From Octopus sinensis (Eukaryota), in the NCBI RefSeq assembly GCF_006345805.1, contig NC_042997.1:185070001-185134000 (forward strand): a stretch of DNA of 64,000 bases, in the 5' to 3' direction. The notes beneath the pieces were generated by a model. It had not been told where the DNA came from, searched no databases, and was given only the letters and a program-made list of their open reading frames with translations. Made by a program: the position numbers and the translations under genes. This document shows positions 1-13,146 of the stretch, one piece after another. The number at the start of each line of letters is the position of its first letter. Position 1 is the first letter of the stretch.

Positions 1-119
1 TATGAATATAGATTTGGCAAGGAGAAATTAATGGCATCAAGGGGTATCCAACGGTCATTGGGTATTTCCATCCTGATCCATATCACCCATACATTGAAGG
101 ATTGTAGGTCAGTAGAAGT

Positions 120-560
120 GGAAAAAAATCACTGTCCATCGTCTCTTCTTGGGTTCCAATTAAATCCTTCCTCTTTCTCCATAACCAGTAAGACGCTCTT
201 TCTTCTGTCTCTCATATCCTACGTATTGCTATCTTTCGCTGTTTTCCTCTTATTCCAATGGCTGTAAGTATTCTCCACTGGGCAGAGAATCTCTATAGCC
301 AACCTCACCTGCGAAATGCGATGACTGAAATGCTATCTCTGAAATCATGCGAAAATCTCTTGTATTTGGTACGCTTCCATTCAAAGGATTGATTGTAAAA
401 TTCTTTCTACGGAGCTGTAAGCTCGATCAGGATTAGTTTCTTCGCCTTTTCTGACCACAATTACGTTGTATGTAGAGGTACTTAGTTGCCTTGTTTTAAT
501 CTCTGAGTCTATCTTTGTCGACCTCGAAAAGCATTGAGTAAAAGCCTTGCAGAATTTTTC
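120..560 (-). mobile_element. Degraded 3' end of an RLE-type non-LTR retrotransposon (HERO/NeSL-like)
   Basis: Frameshifted minus-strand translations LWSEKAKKLILIELTAP*KE..SFEWKRTKY (from 460), EVGYRD, and WRILTAIGIRGKQRKIAIRRI*ETEERASYWLWRKRK resemble the RLE domain and C-terminus of HERO-type elements (ELTVPWEE..ERK..KY; EVGCRG..A.ERAS.WLW.KR). Confidence 0.65.
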
Positions 561-664
561 TGTATTCACTGCACCGTGAGTCCAAATCCAGACGTGGTCA
601 AACTTCTTTTCATCATTTAGAGTACCATAAGCAGTACCAGTTTTGGATGGTATGTTGTCAAAAA

Positions 665-787
665 TGTACCTTGCTGTAGGACATTCCGTTGTTGTAGTTT
701 GAATCCCGCAATGTCTGCCCTCTCTTTTGCCAATGCTATGTCTCTTTCTAAATCGTTCAGATCTTCTTGATTAAATTAGCGTGGCTC
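665..787 (-). mobile_element. Short transposase relic, Chapaev3/Transib-like
   Basis: EPR*FNQEDLNDLERDIALAKERADIAGFKLQQRNVLQQGT resembles the Q.ELNDL.RDL.LSK..AELL.SRL...NLL motif of Chapaev3-type transposases. One stop codon; no catalytic part. Confidence 0.45.
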
Positions 788-1784
788 ATTTTTCTTAGAA
801 TTTTTCGTCGATAGGAGAGTCGGGATGTTAATAGAAATAACAAAATGTGTATAATGTTCTTGTTCGAATCTGAGCACCCAGATCGTCGATTAAACTGAAA
901 TAAATGCTTAGAAGACTGTATCCTATTTACAGCACAACGTCATGTCCCTTAACTTTTATAGACAGTCTAACCAAGTGTATTGACGTACTGCAACGTTGAA
1001 CAGAACTCATCTCACTAAATAGCAGCCACGCTGTTATATTAATGATTGGTTCGTTAGCTTGCTCTTTGGATTAGCTTTATCTTATGTTAAATCTAAATGC
1101 GAAACATCAGAGTCCTATCGGAGGAGAGTTAACATTGAAATTTGTTCAGGGAAAATTTTTATAGCATTGAAACGGTGGAAGATTCCTAAGAACTATTCAA
1201 TGGACATGTGGTCTTTTGCAATTCTAAATTTATTGAATTATTTAACAATTAAGACGTTATAGCTTAAGCTTTTGATGAAACTGATACGTTGTACTCTCTT
1301 TGGACAAAGTCGTTGACATCTTTCACATAAAACCAAAGATCAAGATATGATTTAGGGAGGAAAAGGTTTCGGTAATAACTTTAAAGCCACACTTCATAAA
1401 CGCTGCTCAATTTGCGGAAAAGTCACATACATACCCATATACACAAGCGGGCGATAGTGAAGATAATAATGCTTGATCATAATGGTGATTGAGATTTTAT
1501 AGCGCTGATGATAATTATGTCAATGATCACATTAAAGGATGGATGGTAGTGGTAGTTGTGTGATGATGGCGAGGGTGCTGTTATCAACATGGACAATCAC
1601 AATGACAATGATGTATTCACAAAAATGAAATAAATCCTTGGAGTGTGTCCTCTTGAAAGATATAATGACGAAATAAAGATATATAAGATGAATGAAATCA
1701 GTTGAAAAAACGAAGTGAGAAATCTTATATTTCTTTCCATTGAATATTTTGATAGAATTTGGATATACATATATATCATGATAG

Positions 1785-1975
1785 ATCGTTAGCTCCTACA
1801 CGCATTTTTTCTCTCTCCTTGTTTTTTTTTTCTTCTGTGTATCTTTCTGTTGAAGAGCGTAGTCTCTAAACGTAAAAGACTTGTTCTATTTCTATTCCTG
1901 GGTGCCATACTAATACATTTGTTTGTTTGTACTCCACCTACCTTCGTCTTTTGTTTATTTTCGTAAACCTTCCCG

Positions 1976-1978
<3 letters not shown>
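1785..1978 (+). repeat. PLE-associated terminal repeat (family P1) with decayed CUGUUGA hammerhead-like motif
   Basis: Homologous segments at 7490-7560(-), 21085-21200(+), 37610-37830(-) and 63030-63120(+, tail only). Ends cttcccgt(TA)n. Confidence 0.6.
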
Positions 1979-2039
<61 letters not shown>

Positions 2040-2050
2040 GTATGTGTATA

Positions 2051-2209
2051 GGCGTAGGAGTGGCTGTGTGGTAAGTAGCTTGCTTACGAACCACATGGTT
2101 CGGGGATCATTTCCACTGCGTGGCACCTTCGGTAAGTGACTTCTACTATAGCCTCGGGCCGACCAAAGCCTTGAGTGGATTTGGTTGACGGAAACTGAAA
2201 GAAGCCCGT

Positions 2210-2290
<81 letters not shown>

Positions 2291-2499
2291 AAGTGTGTCT
2301 GTGTTTGTTCCCCCAACATCACTTGACAACCGATGGTGGTGTGTTTACGTCCCCGTAGCTTAGCGTTTCGGCAAGAGGGAACCGATAGAATAAGTACTAT
2401 GCTTACAAAGAATAAGTCCTGGGGTCGATTTGCTCAACTAAAGGCGGTGCTCCAGCATGGCCACAGTCAAATGACTGAAACAAATAACAGAGTAAAAAG

Positions 2500-2502
<3 letters not shown>
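2051..2502 (+). mobile_element. SINE-A, full length (tRNA-derived, CORE-like centre, internal TA/TG microsatellite)
   Basis: Head GGCGTAGGAGTGGCTGTGTGGTAAG (A-box-like) and GGTTCGGGGATC (B-box-like), then GTGGCACCTTCGGTAAG (CORE-like), tail CAGTCAAATGACTGAAACA. Multiple copies in the window. Confidence 0.9.
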
Positions 2503-2540
<38 letters not shown>

Positions 2541-2541
2541 A

Positions 2542-2583
<42 letters not shown>

Positions 2584-4916
2584 AGGAATTTAAACTACAT
2601 TATATTTGGTACTACAAACGTAGAATGTTCATAGAAACTGATGATTACAAGCAATCATTAATATTGTTCAATCATTAAACAGAATAAATAAGGATCAATC
2701 AGTTTTGCCACTTTTCATTATTGCTATTCCTCCTGATGTTAGGCTAACTGTTGTTGTTGTTGCTGTTGTTATTGATGATCCCAATACAGCTACTATTGCT
2801 GCTGCGTGTGACCTTCATGTTGATGATGATGATGATGATGATGGTGATGGTGACAATGACATCGATGAGGAAGAGGATGACGATAATAATAGCATGAAGA
2901 CAAGAATAACACCAAGTCGCTAAATTCAGATCCGTTCTGCTTCATCTTGCCGTTTGTATTTCAATGTAAATTTATGCTTATTTGCTAAATACGATTTACA
3001 AATACTCTGATTTATACTGAGCACAGGACAATTAATATTTACATCACGTGCCAGTGACATGCAAAGATGAATCATAGTTCCTCTCGATTTCTGTTACGTA
3101 GAGACAATGAAAACACTAAAGAAGGAACGGAAGGTTGCATGAAGTTGTAATATTAGATTCTTTTAGCACCAATGATGGTAATGTTACACAGCGAGAAACA
3201 ACAGTTGCCGGCGTTCTCAACGAAGCATTGCCTCATACATATAAATGATTCAAATATTTATATTTAAAGGCAAAACATTACAAGTTAAAAAATTACAATA
3301 TACAGGTCTCTAATTTGATGTTTTAACATTTCAGGGTTAGTAGCTCTTCTTGTGGAAATTTACGAAGAAAAATTGTTGACAGTCGACTTTTCTCCGTAGA
3401 TCTCCTGAAGAAGGTGTCCTAACTCGAAATATTGAAATACCAAGTAACAGTACTAACCACCGGCCTGTATTTTAACGCTTATATATATGTGTGTGTTTGT
3501 GTGTGTGTGCGTGTGCGTGTGTGGATGTGTGTGTGTGTGCGTGCGTGCGTGTGTGTGTGTGTGTGTGTTTGTGTGCATGTGTGAGTGTTTGGGGTCTTTT
3601 ATCGTTCATCTTTTACTTTAGTCATTAGAGACGCAAGCACACAGACATATACACATGGATATACACAGACACACAGACACAAACACACACACGTACATGC
3701 ATAGATTATATGCACGACAGAGGGACAAACACATATGCATGCATGTATATATGTATGTATGTATGTATGTATGCATGCATGCATGTATGTATGCATGTAT
3801 GTATTATGTATGTATGTATGTATGCATGCATGCATGTATGTATGTATGTATGTATGTATGTATGTATGAAGGTGCACATAGGTTTATAACGTTGCAGCTG
3901 GAGATGTCGTGTGGGTGTCAGTTTACTAGGTGGGAAATCTCCATTTTGTATCGGTTTATCAGCGTTCATATTCGTTCCAGTCATTCTACCTAAAAAGGTA
4001 ATATGACTGTGTGATTTACTAATGTAAGCAACGAGAACACTGCTTCACTCGGTAAAACTCGGTGAATTAGTTAATGCATCATTGCATTCAAACTCAACAT
4101 TCAGCAGACGGTATGTCGTTGTTGTTGTTGTTGCGACTCTTAATCCCAAAGCGTATCTATTTCAATTCAAAAATGAGAATATCTCTCTTTCGGCCTGCTA
4201 AACAAGAATATTTTCCAGGGTTATTCCTAACGACACACGCGACTAGAAGGGTTATATTGTCAGAATTTCCCTTGCGTGTGTTTAGAAGTGACTAATTCAA
4301 TATTTGTTTTGCGAGTTCATGTTTGGTAGGGCGTAGAATTCTTTCTAAAATACCAATAACCGTTCTTCACGAATTTTGAAGTATGATTCCAACATGGCTA
4401 GAAAGTACATTTTCTAAATCTCTCAGGTATATGCAAAGAGTGTGTACAGATATTGGGAAGCATTACCATTATTTTCCTACGATCTTTCAAAGAATGGAAA
4501 CATCAAACATATATAATTCTCAAGCGAAAACCATCCACTCAATTCCACTCCCATTCATCACGACTACGGCGTTCTTGAATATTATTCTTAATAGAATTTC
4601 TACATTATTTTACAATTCTTAAAGTAATTTATTTTTGAGGTCTGTTACACAAATCTAATTATGACTGTCGCTGCAAAACAAAAATAAACCGCATCATCAA
4701 CTGTGGGTTGCATCTAGACTTCAGTTCCATTTCCGTATCGAAAAACCTTTCATTTTTCTCTCTTATTCCTTTGAGGAAGATGCAAGCTACTTCTATTATT
4801 CTTCATTTGCCTTCAAATGGAGAATTTTAAAACAAAACAATTCTTATTTTCTATAACAATGATCATCTGAGGGATGTAAAAACGCAAAAACAAAATTATT
4901 TTTTGTAAAACGAGAA

Positions 4917-5692
4917 AAGGGGTCATACAATTCAATTCTTTATTGCCCACAAGGGGCTAAACATAGAGGGGGCAAACAAGGACAGACAAAGGGACTAAAT
5001 CGATTACATCGACCTCAGTACGTAACTGGTACTTATTTAATCGACCCTGAAAGGATGAAAGGCAAAGTCGACCCCGCCGGAATTTGAACTCAGAATGTAG
5101 CGGCAGACGAAATACTGCTAAGCTTTTCGCCCGGCGTGCTAACGTTTCTGCTAGCTCGCCGCCTTAAAGGGGTCATATAATTACTTATTTCTTTATTGCC
5201 CACAAGGGGCTAAACATAGAGGGGACAAACAAGGACAGACAAAGGGACTAAATCGATTACATCGACCCCAGTGCGTAACTGGTACTTATTTAATCAACCC
5301 CGAAAGGATGAAAGTCAAAGTCGACCTCGGCGGAATTTGAACTCAGAACATAACAGCAGACGAAATACGGCTTCGCATTTCACCCGGCGCGCTAACGTTT
5401 CTGCCAGCTCGCTGCCTTAAAGGGGTCATATAATTACGTAATTCTTTACTGCCCACAAGTGGCTAAACATAGAGGGGACAAACAAGGACAGACAAACGGA
5501 TGGATTAAGTCGATTATATTGACCCCAGTACGTAACTTGTACGTAATGTATCGACCCCGGAAAGATGAAAGGCAAAGTCTACCTCGGTGGAATTTGAACT
5601 CAGAACGTAGCTGCAGACGAAATACCGCTAAGCATTTCGTCCGGCGTGCTAACGTTTCTGCCAGCTCGCCACCTTAAGGGGGTCATATAATT
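4917..5692 (-). mobile_element. Three head-to-tail SINE-B copies separated by a repeated 16-17 nt flank
   Basis: Units at about 4933-5165, 5183-5418 and 5436-5675. AAGGGGTCATATAATT(-like) at 4917, 5167, 5420 and 5676. Confidence 0.9.
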
Positions 5693-6362
5693 ACTGTCGA
5701 CTTAGTGTATCACTGGTATACATTTCTGCCTTTTCGATAGATGACGGGATGTCCACATACGAAATTAAGCTTCGATTTGAAAACCAAATATTATTCATGA
5801 GTGTTATTTGTAGAAATAATAATTTCAAACAATAGTAATATTTCGGAGAGCCTGAAAGAGCTATCGAATCAAGATTCAGATCCGCGATAGTGTTCGGTCA
5901 CTATGTATACGCCGCAATATAATATAATTATTCTTTCTTTCACTTGACTTATGTGGAGACTATCACAGAGGAAAATTAGATTAACCTAAGATCACATTTA
6001 ATGACTATGAAATTACTAAGAGAATCTTCCCCACTGGCTCTCCTACCCTCATTCGTATTCGCTTTTTGTGATTCCCTTTCTGTTCAATATTTACTAGTCT
6101 CATCCGACCCTTTCCAATTCCCTCCCCTCCCCTCTCTTTTCCTCGCCTCGTTTCTCTCACGCCTTCCCTTTCCTTTCTTGTCCTATCATTCTTCTACTTC
6201 TCGTTTATTTTTCTCTCTTTATCTGTGTCTCTCGATTTATATTTGATTCGATATATGGCATAACCGGCGGCAGAGAAGACAAGGAGATTTATAGACAAAT
6301 ACTTTCCAGTTATCGTATACTAACAAAACACAAGGAGATATATAGTTATATATAATATATAT

Positions 6363-6396
<34 letters not shown>

Positions 6397-6417
6397 ATAT
6401 ATATAATATATATATAT

Positions 6418-6449
<32 letters not shown>

Positions 6450-6470
6450 GTATATATATATATATGTATC

Positions 6471-6514
<44 letters not shown>

Positions 6515-6568
6515 GTATATATATATAATATATATAATATATATATATATATATATTTATATATATGT

Positions 6569-6619
<51 letters not shown>

Positions 6620-6621
6620 GT

Positions 6622-6669
<48 letters not shown>

Positions 6670-6673
6670 TAAC

Positions 6674-6743
<70 letters not shown>

Positions 6744-7097
6744 TACCTATTAGGCGTAATATGTTGGTCTAGAAAAAGAAAACAGAATCAATAATCAATG
6801 AAAAAGAAGTTTGTCGATAGACACTCTCTTTTATTATTTTTTTTTTTTTTGGGTGTTTTATTCTGTGTGGAAAAACTAACTTTCGACTCAGAACATTGTA
6901 ATTCTGATTTTAGGATAGTGATTAAGATAGTAATATAGATTGATTTGGCCAAACCCATCGATACATCTCACCAGCTCCCTATCTATCTCTTTATCTCGAT
7001 GTTTATATGAATAAGTTTACCATATTTATACAATTCACACAATATTCTGATGAATACGTATTCACTAGCATACATATGGATGTTATTTAGGTATTTT

Positions 7098-7146
<49 letters not shown>

Positions 7147-7357
7147 TTATATATATATACATATATAAATGTATATATATATATATGTATAAATATGTAT
7201 ATGTGTATATGAATAAATATATACATATACGTATGTAATTTGCTTTATATTCAACTTTTGCCCTATATATTTTATACACTATTTTATATTGAGTACCCTT
7301 CAGTTTTGTTCTGCTTACTATGAGTATGTATGTGTATGTATATGTATACATATATAC

Positions 7358-7412
<55 letters not shown>

Positions 7413-7652
7413 CATATATGCATATATATATGGAGAATTCACAAAAAAACAAAGATGAAGACAGGTGGTGTGTAGACAACAAACAGATGTATTAGTTTAA
7501 AGCTCGGGAAGTTAAAACGTCTTTAACGTTTCGAGCCTACGCTCTTCCAAGAGAGAAAATAATGGTGAGAAAAAACAGGAGAGAAAATAAGAATGTGTAG
7601 TGGTTAGAGATCTATTCACATACACATATATAAATATATGGTATATATATAT

Positions 7653-7722
<70 letters not shown>

Positions 7723-8886
7723 TATACATACATACACATACACACACACCTACATATATAAAATACAAGAAGAATGGAAAATTACGTATAAGTTCACTGT
7801 GCAGATCCTTTGACTGTAAACTTCAAATCAAAGTCTTTTACATTTCTAATTACTAAATCTTTAAATTAGATGTGCTTAAGAATAATTTTACCAATATTTT
7901 AAACGTATCCAGTTTTAGTGCTAAATAACTAAATAGTATTATTCTCTGAAGCAAAAACGTAAAATTTATATCCACTCCTTCTTTATGGTAAACCTTCCAA
8001 CTAATGTCACACACACTCTTCTATAATTCCAAATTCACATCTGACAAAAATCTTCTCAATTATCCTTAAAACATCTTTTATTCCATTCTTTCAAGCGCAT
8101 CCCGTTAACATATAGCTACACACGCATACACGCACACACATACGCTCATATTCATACACACACAAGAACAGAGTACAAATACAAAATCTCAGACCTTCTT
8201 TCGAAGCACCGACCCACCCTAAACTATACGCAAAAACAGAATCATAAATACACTCATGCAAGCATTACACACACATCCTTACACCGATATTTCTCTCATA
8301 ACCACAACTTCCAAATTGTAACCCCCAGGAATTGAATGAAGATAACTCAGTCAATTCCTGCCCCACTCATCTTCCAGTTTCCTACAGTTACGCGGTTAAT
8401 AACCAGAAACTTGACTACACTTCATGTGAAACCTTAAAGAGAAAAAAAATCCTTCACTTAAATTTCATGGTCAGAGGAGGCCCACTGTCACTTTTCAAGA
8501 ATTTGCTTTCTGTTATGCTTTTTATACCATTCTATTTTATATCGAGGGCATATCCATAAGGGGCATCTTCACTTCCGTACAACTACTGTTTGTGCATTAC
8601 AGCACATTGCTAGTGTGCATGAGTTCGAGTTTCTGAAGTAACATATGGTATCAATGTTATTTCTGTACGTTATGCACTCTAAGTTCATACAAACCTCTCT
8701 ATATAGACCAGGCATCCGCAAATTTGTTAGTCTTCTATAATGGGATGACAGATAAGATAACAAATAGCATGATGGGAACAGACTATGAACACCACGTATC
8801 ATAACTATATTTCTTTCAACGAGTCCGTTCAGATTACTACAATAAGCGGAACTAATTCAATCAATCTCTCAGTTTCACTTTATCAG

Positions 8887-8921
<35 letters not shown>

Positions 8922-9132
8922 GTAAGGATCATCAATGCAGACGAACACCAACGTTCCATGTGATAGGCTTGCAAATTTCTGAGGAATTCAACATGAAATC
9001 AATGGCAGACTTGACGAATATATATATGTATGTTATATGTTTGTGTGTCCGTGTTTGTCCCCGCTAACATCACTTCACAACGGTTCTTCAGTATGGCCGT
9101 AGTCAAATGACTGAAACAAATAAAAGAAAAAA

Positions 9133-9175
<43 letters not shown>

Positions 9176-9255
9176 CGAATTAGATAAAATCATTATTTAA
9201 TGGTTTATCAGTGGCCAGCATACTAAAAATACTATAATGTTTAATTTATATTAAA

Positions 9256-9524
9256 ATCATAATAAGGGTGCTGAATGGTTACAGCACTAGTCTGCTAGAA
9301 ATAGACCTCAAATGGTCTATGAACCACTTGGATTATTACTCTTCTACACAAGGTCGTAACCGATGAAAATAGACAGCGAGGATTTATAAATAATTTTATA
9401 AAGCCTCGCTGTGTATTTTCCTCGCTTACAACCTTGTGCAGAGGAGTAATAATCAAATTGGTTCATAGACCATCTCAGGTCTATTTCTAGCAACTGGTGT
9501 TGTAACCATTCAGCACCGTTATTA

Positions 9525-9530
<6 letters not shown>
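9256..9530. repeat. Imperfect palindrome of about 275 bp (MITE/foldback-like)
   Basis: ataataagggtgctgaatggttac... pairs with ...gtaaccattcagcaccgttattat; centre near 9393; (TA)n flanks. Confidence 0.75.
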
Positions 9531-9576
<46 letters not shown>

Positions 9577-10107
9577 TACGTATGTACATACACATATGAG
9601 TCAGTGAGGGAGAAAGAAAGGGAGGGAGGGGGAGAGGGAAAGAAAATCTCATTGTCTACGTTCTTAAATAATTCTTTGTCTATCTTACGATATTTATTAA
9701 TGCATCAATATTTCCATCTCTAACAAATTAATTGTTTTAATTCTCTAAACTGACGAAGCTATGAAATACCTACATCAATGACACATGACTAGTGAAAGGT
9801 TAGAAAATTAATTCTTATATCTTCTCAATAAATTGTTCATTGATTTTCTTGGAAACTTAAGACCGTGACATTACGGTGAGTGATTTTCTATCTTAATTGC
9901 TAGTAAATTTGTATATTTTGTAAGTTTCGCTATTCATCATTTCATTTTCAGTTTCTGTTCAGTAAACTGTCTGGAAGACAAATTCTTTTAAGCTACTTTT
10001 AAGCTACTTGGCGTTTTATCCTAGAAGTAATGAAGCTCATTAATCGATGGACACGCGACGCGTTGTTCGATTCCCAATGGAAGTAATTCCAAATGTCTTC
10101 ATAACTC

Positions 10108-10455
10108 CGTCTGCCGCTACGTTCTGAGTTCAAATTCCGCCGAGGTCGACTTTGCCTTTCATCCTTTCGGGGTCGATAAATTAAGTACCAGTTACGCACT
10201 GGGGTTGATGTAATCGACTTAATCCGTCTGTCTGTCCCCTCTGTGTTTAGCCCCTTGTGGGTAGAAAAGAAATAGGTATTGTCTGCCATTACGTTCTGAG
10301 TTCAAATTCCGCCGAGATCGACTTTGCCTTTCATCCTTTCGGAATCGATAAATTAAGTACCAGTTACGCATTGGGGTCGATGTAATCGACTTAATTCGTT
10401 TGTCTGCCCTTGTTTGTCCCCTCTATGCTTAGCCCCTTGAGGGTAACAAAGAAAC
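10108..10455 (+). mobile_element. Two tandem 5'-truncated SINE-B copies
   Basis: tacgttctgagttcaaattccgccgag...gcctttcatcctttcgg.gtcgataaattaagtaccag...agccccttg occurs twice. Confidence 0.9.
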
Positions 10456-11160
10456 ATATATAAATGTCATAATAGTGCTTCGAGCTGCCTACAGAAAAAT
10501 GATTTTTGATTTCTTCTGTTGACAGTAAGCCACTAAATTGTAAAGGAGTTTTGGTAATAGTATAGAAGCCATTACGTGAGAGGGTTAAGTTAATCCATAC
10601 CCCAAGATGTGAAAGGCAATATTAGCTGTGATAGGATTTGAATCGAGAACACAAATAAATTATGCAACATATTTAGTCAGAAAATCTAGGCGTCCTTCCT
10701 ACCTCCATAATTGCCTTTGAAAAATGATGAATGTCACAATAATTCTTGCGTCTAACAAAGACATTATTGTTACTATGAATAGGACGATAACCTTTTTTCC
10801 GTTGATATTGTTACTTACCACATCCCATGTCATCCTTGATTAAAGAAATAAACATGTGGTCAAAAGTCGTCACCTACACGTCCTTTATTTTGTCAGTGTG
10901 TGCTGAAGAATATATTTATATTATTGCTTCTATCATATATTTTTAAAAGTGAGAGAGCTGTTGATTTAATCTCGTAACCATAAAGACGTTCCCATGTTTC
11001 TCAAAGGGGAGGCCAATGGGACGGTCGGACAAGTTGTTTTGAGAAAATTTGGTTTAAATGTTTGACAACTCAGCACCGTCCATTGGATGGGGGGCGTTTT
11101 GCTCGTATTCTTATGTATATGTATATATATTCATACACACACACTTACATACATGCTATA

Positions 11161-11208
<48 letters not shown>

Positions 11209-11261
11209 TATATATATAATATATATTCATACATGCACATACTATTCTATGTTTTACTTAT

Positions 11262-11636
11262 TTCAGTCATTAGACTGCGGCCAATATGGGACACCGCCTT
11301 GAAGAAGTTTACTTCAATGGCTCGACTCCAGTACTTTTTTCTTAAGCCTGATACTTATTATATCGATCTCTTTGGTGGGATCGCTATGTTATAGGAACAA
11401 AGATACTGCTACAACGGTTGTCAAGCGATGGCGGTGACAAACACAGATACAAAGACACACGTACATAGATATATACATATACTTCGGGCTTCTCTCAGTT
11501 TCTGTTTACCAGGTTCTCTCACATGGGGTAGTCGGCCTGAGGCTATAAGAGAAGACACTTAACCAGCGTGTCACGCAGTGGAACTGAACCCGATATCTTG
11601 TGCTTCGGAAGCAAGCTTCTTACTACACAGCCACGT

Positions 11637-11643
<7 letters not shown>
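11262..11643 (-). mobile_element. Diverged SINE-A
   Basis: Head, CORE-like and tail segments recognisable but mutated. Confidence 0.75.
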
Positions 11644-11668
<25 letters not shown>

Positions 11669-11690
11669 ATATATATATATATATATATGT

Positions 11691-11863
11691 TATATTAAAT
11701 TACAGACAAAACAACTAATTAGGCAAATCAAACAATGAAAAACATAAGCCAATACATAACATTAATTAATTTATTTATATTTTTAAATTAATTAATTTTT
11801 ATATTGGCTTTGTTTTTCATTGTTTGATTTGCCTAATAGTGGTTTTATCTCTAATTTAATATA
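11691..11863. repeat. Palindrome built from PLE pLTR-like sequence
   Basis: Arm (aaattacagacaaaacaact..aagccaatacataa) is homologous to 12007-12062, which adjoins the HHR at 12092-12146. Confidence 0.7.
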
Positions 11864-11959
11864 ATATAATATATTTATACTATAAAATTGGATTTAATCC
11901 TAAATCTGATTTTTTCCCTGTAAGTTTGGATTTATTCCCTAATATTTTATTTTCTATAT

Positions 11960-11992
<33 letters not shown>

Positions 11993-12091
11993 CTATAGAT
12001 TATAATAAATTAGAGACAAAACTACTATTATGCAACAAACAAAGACTAAGCCAATACATAAAAATAATATTTATAAATTAAATTTACAAAT

Positions 12092-12146
12092 GATACCACT
12101 ACGATCGTTTCGTGTCAGCACATCTTAGACATCTTCAGGTGGTTTC
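12092..12146 (-). ncRNA. Minimal type I hammerhead ribozyme motif (stem II imperfect)
   Basis: ACCAC-CUGAAGA-UGUC..GACA-C-GAAAC-GAUC-GUA-GUGGU. Stem I ACCAC/GUGGU, palindromic stem III ACGAUCGU, predicted cut between 12100 and 12099. Confidence 0.65.
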
Positions 12147-12250
12147 TAAACCTAAAATATAAAATATAATCAATATTTTTACGATATATATCTATATATC
12201 TAAATAAACTCTATTATATGGATGGAAGTATATATATATATATATAATAT

Positions 12251-12281
<31 letters not shown>

Positions 12282-12336
12282 CTATATATATTTATATATA
12301 TTATATATATATATAATATTATATATATATATATAA

Positions 12337-12776
12337 TACAAATAAGGAGAAAATGGAGAAATCCTCAGATTGACAAGCACATCGATTGGACCACATTATA
12401 GTTTATTTTTTAATACAAAGCATGAAATAACAAAATAGGTGACGCAACATATCTTACGCCCGTTTCTGATCGGTTACCAAAATGCTGTCTATAAATAAAT
12501 GCAAGAATAAAGTTCTTAATCTTCATAGGGCATTCGAATTAAGGCAACGGAACTTCATCAGAGTAAAAAGCAATGATGTATGCTCTTGAAGATGAAGAAC
12601 TTTATTCTCGCATTTATTTATAGACAACATTTAGGTAACCAATCAGAAACGGCCGTAAGATATGTTACGTCAACTATTCTGTTATGCCATGCTTTATATA
12701 AAAAAATAAGCTAGAAATGTGGTCCAATCGATGTGTTTGTTACTCTGAGGTTTTCTCCATTTTCTCCTTATTTGTA
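12337..12776. repeat. Long inverted repeat (arms about 190 bp, 61-nt spacer)
   Basis: 12337-12525 is the diverged reverse complement of 12587-12776. Confidence 0.85.
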
Positions 12777-13110
12777 TTGATTCCTGATAAACTCTTGATT
12801 ATCCTGTTGCTCCTTGCACTCTACCTGTATGTTGTGCCTGCACACCAATGCCCGGGGATAATACGGGTAAAGAATACCGATATTTCATCCCTTAGTCTGT
12901 TATTATAACCGCTAACTCTGTTTACACTTTCCCACTTAAATGTGGCTAACCCTTAAGGGTTGGTGCTACTGTAGCTTGTAGCCCCAAGAATACATCTCAT
13001 CCAGCTGGCTATAGACACACTTTTTGAGCCTTATCAGTATTTGCAAAGAGAAATCATCTTTATCATCTCAATCCTGACGTGATGCATCTCGCTCAGAGAT
13101 GCATCATTGC

Positions 13111-13146
<36 letters not shown>

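Noticed and set aside
2051-2130. tRNA-like heads as real tRNA genes
   Set aside because: No closed acceptor stem; each continues into a SINE body.
3404-3440. CUGAAGAAGG...CUCGAAA hammerhead-like string
   Set aside because: Stems I and II do not pair convincingly.
3891-3996. Possible plus-strand exon (..GGKSPFCIGLSAFIFVPVILPKK|gtaata)
   Set aside because: Single candidate with no homology or partner exon.
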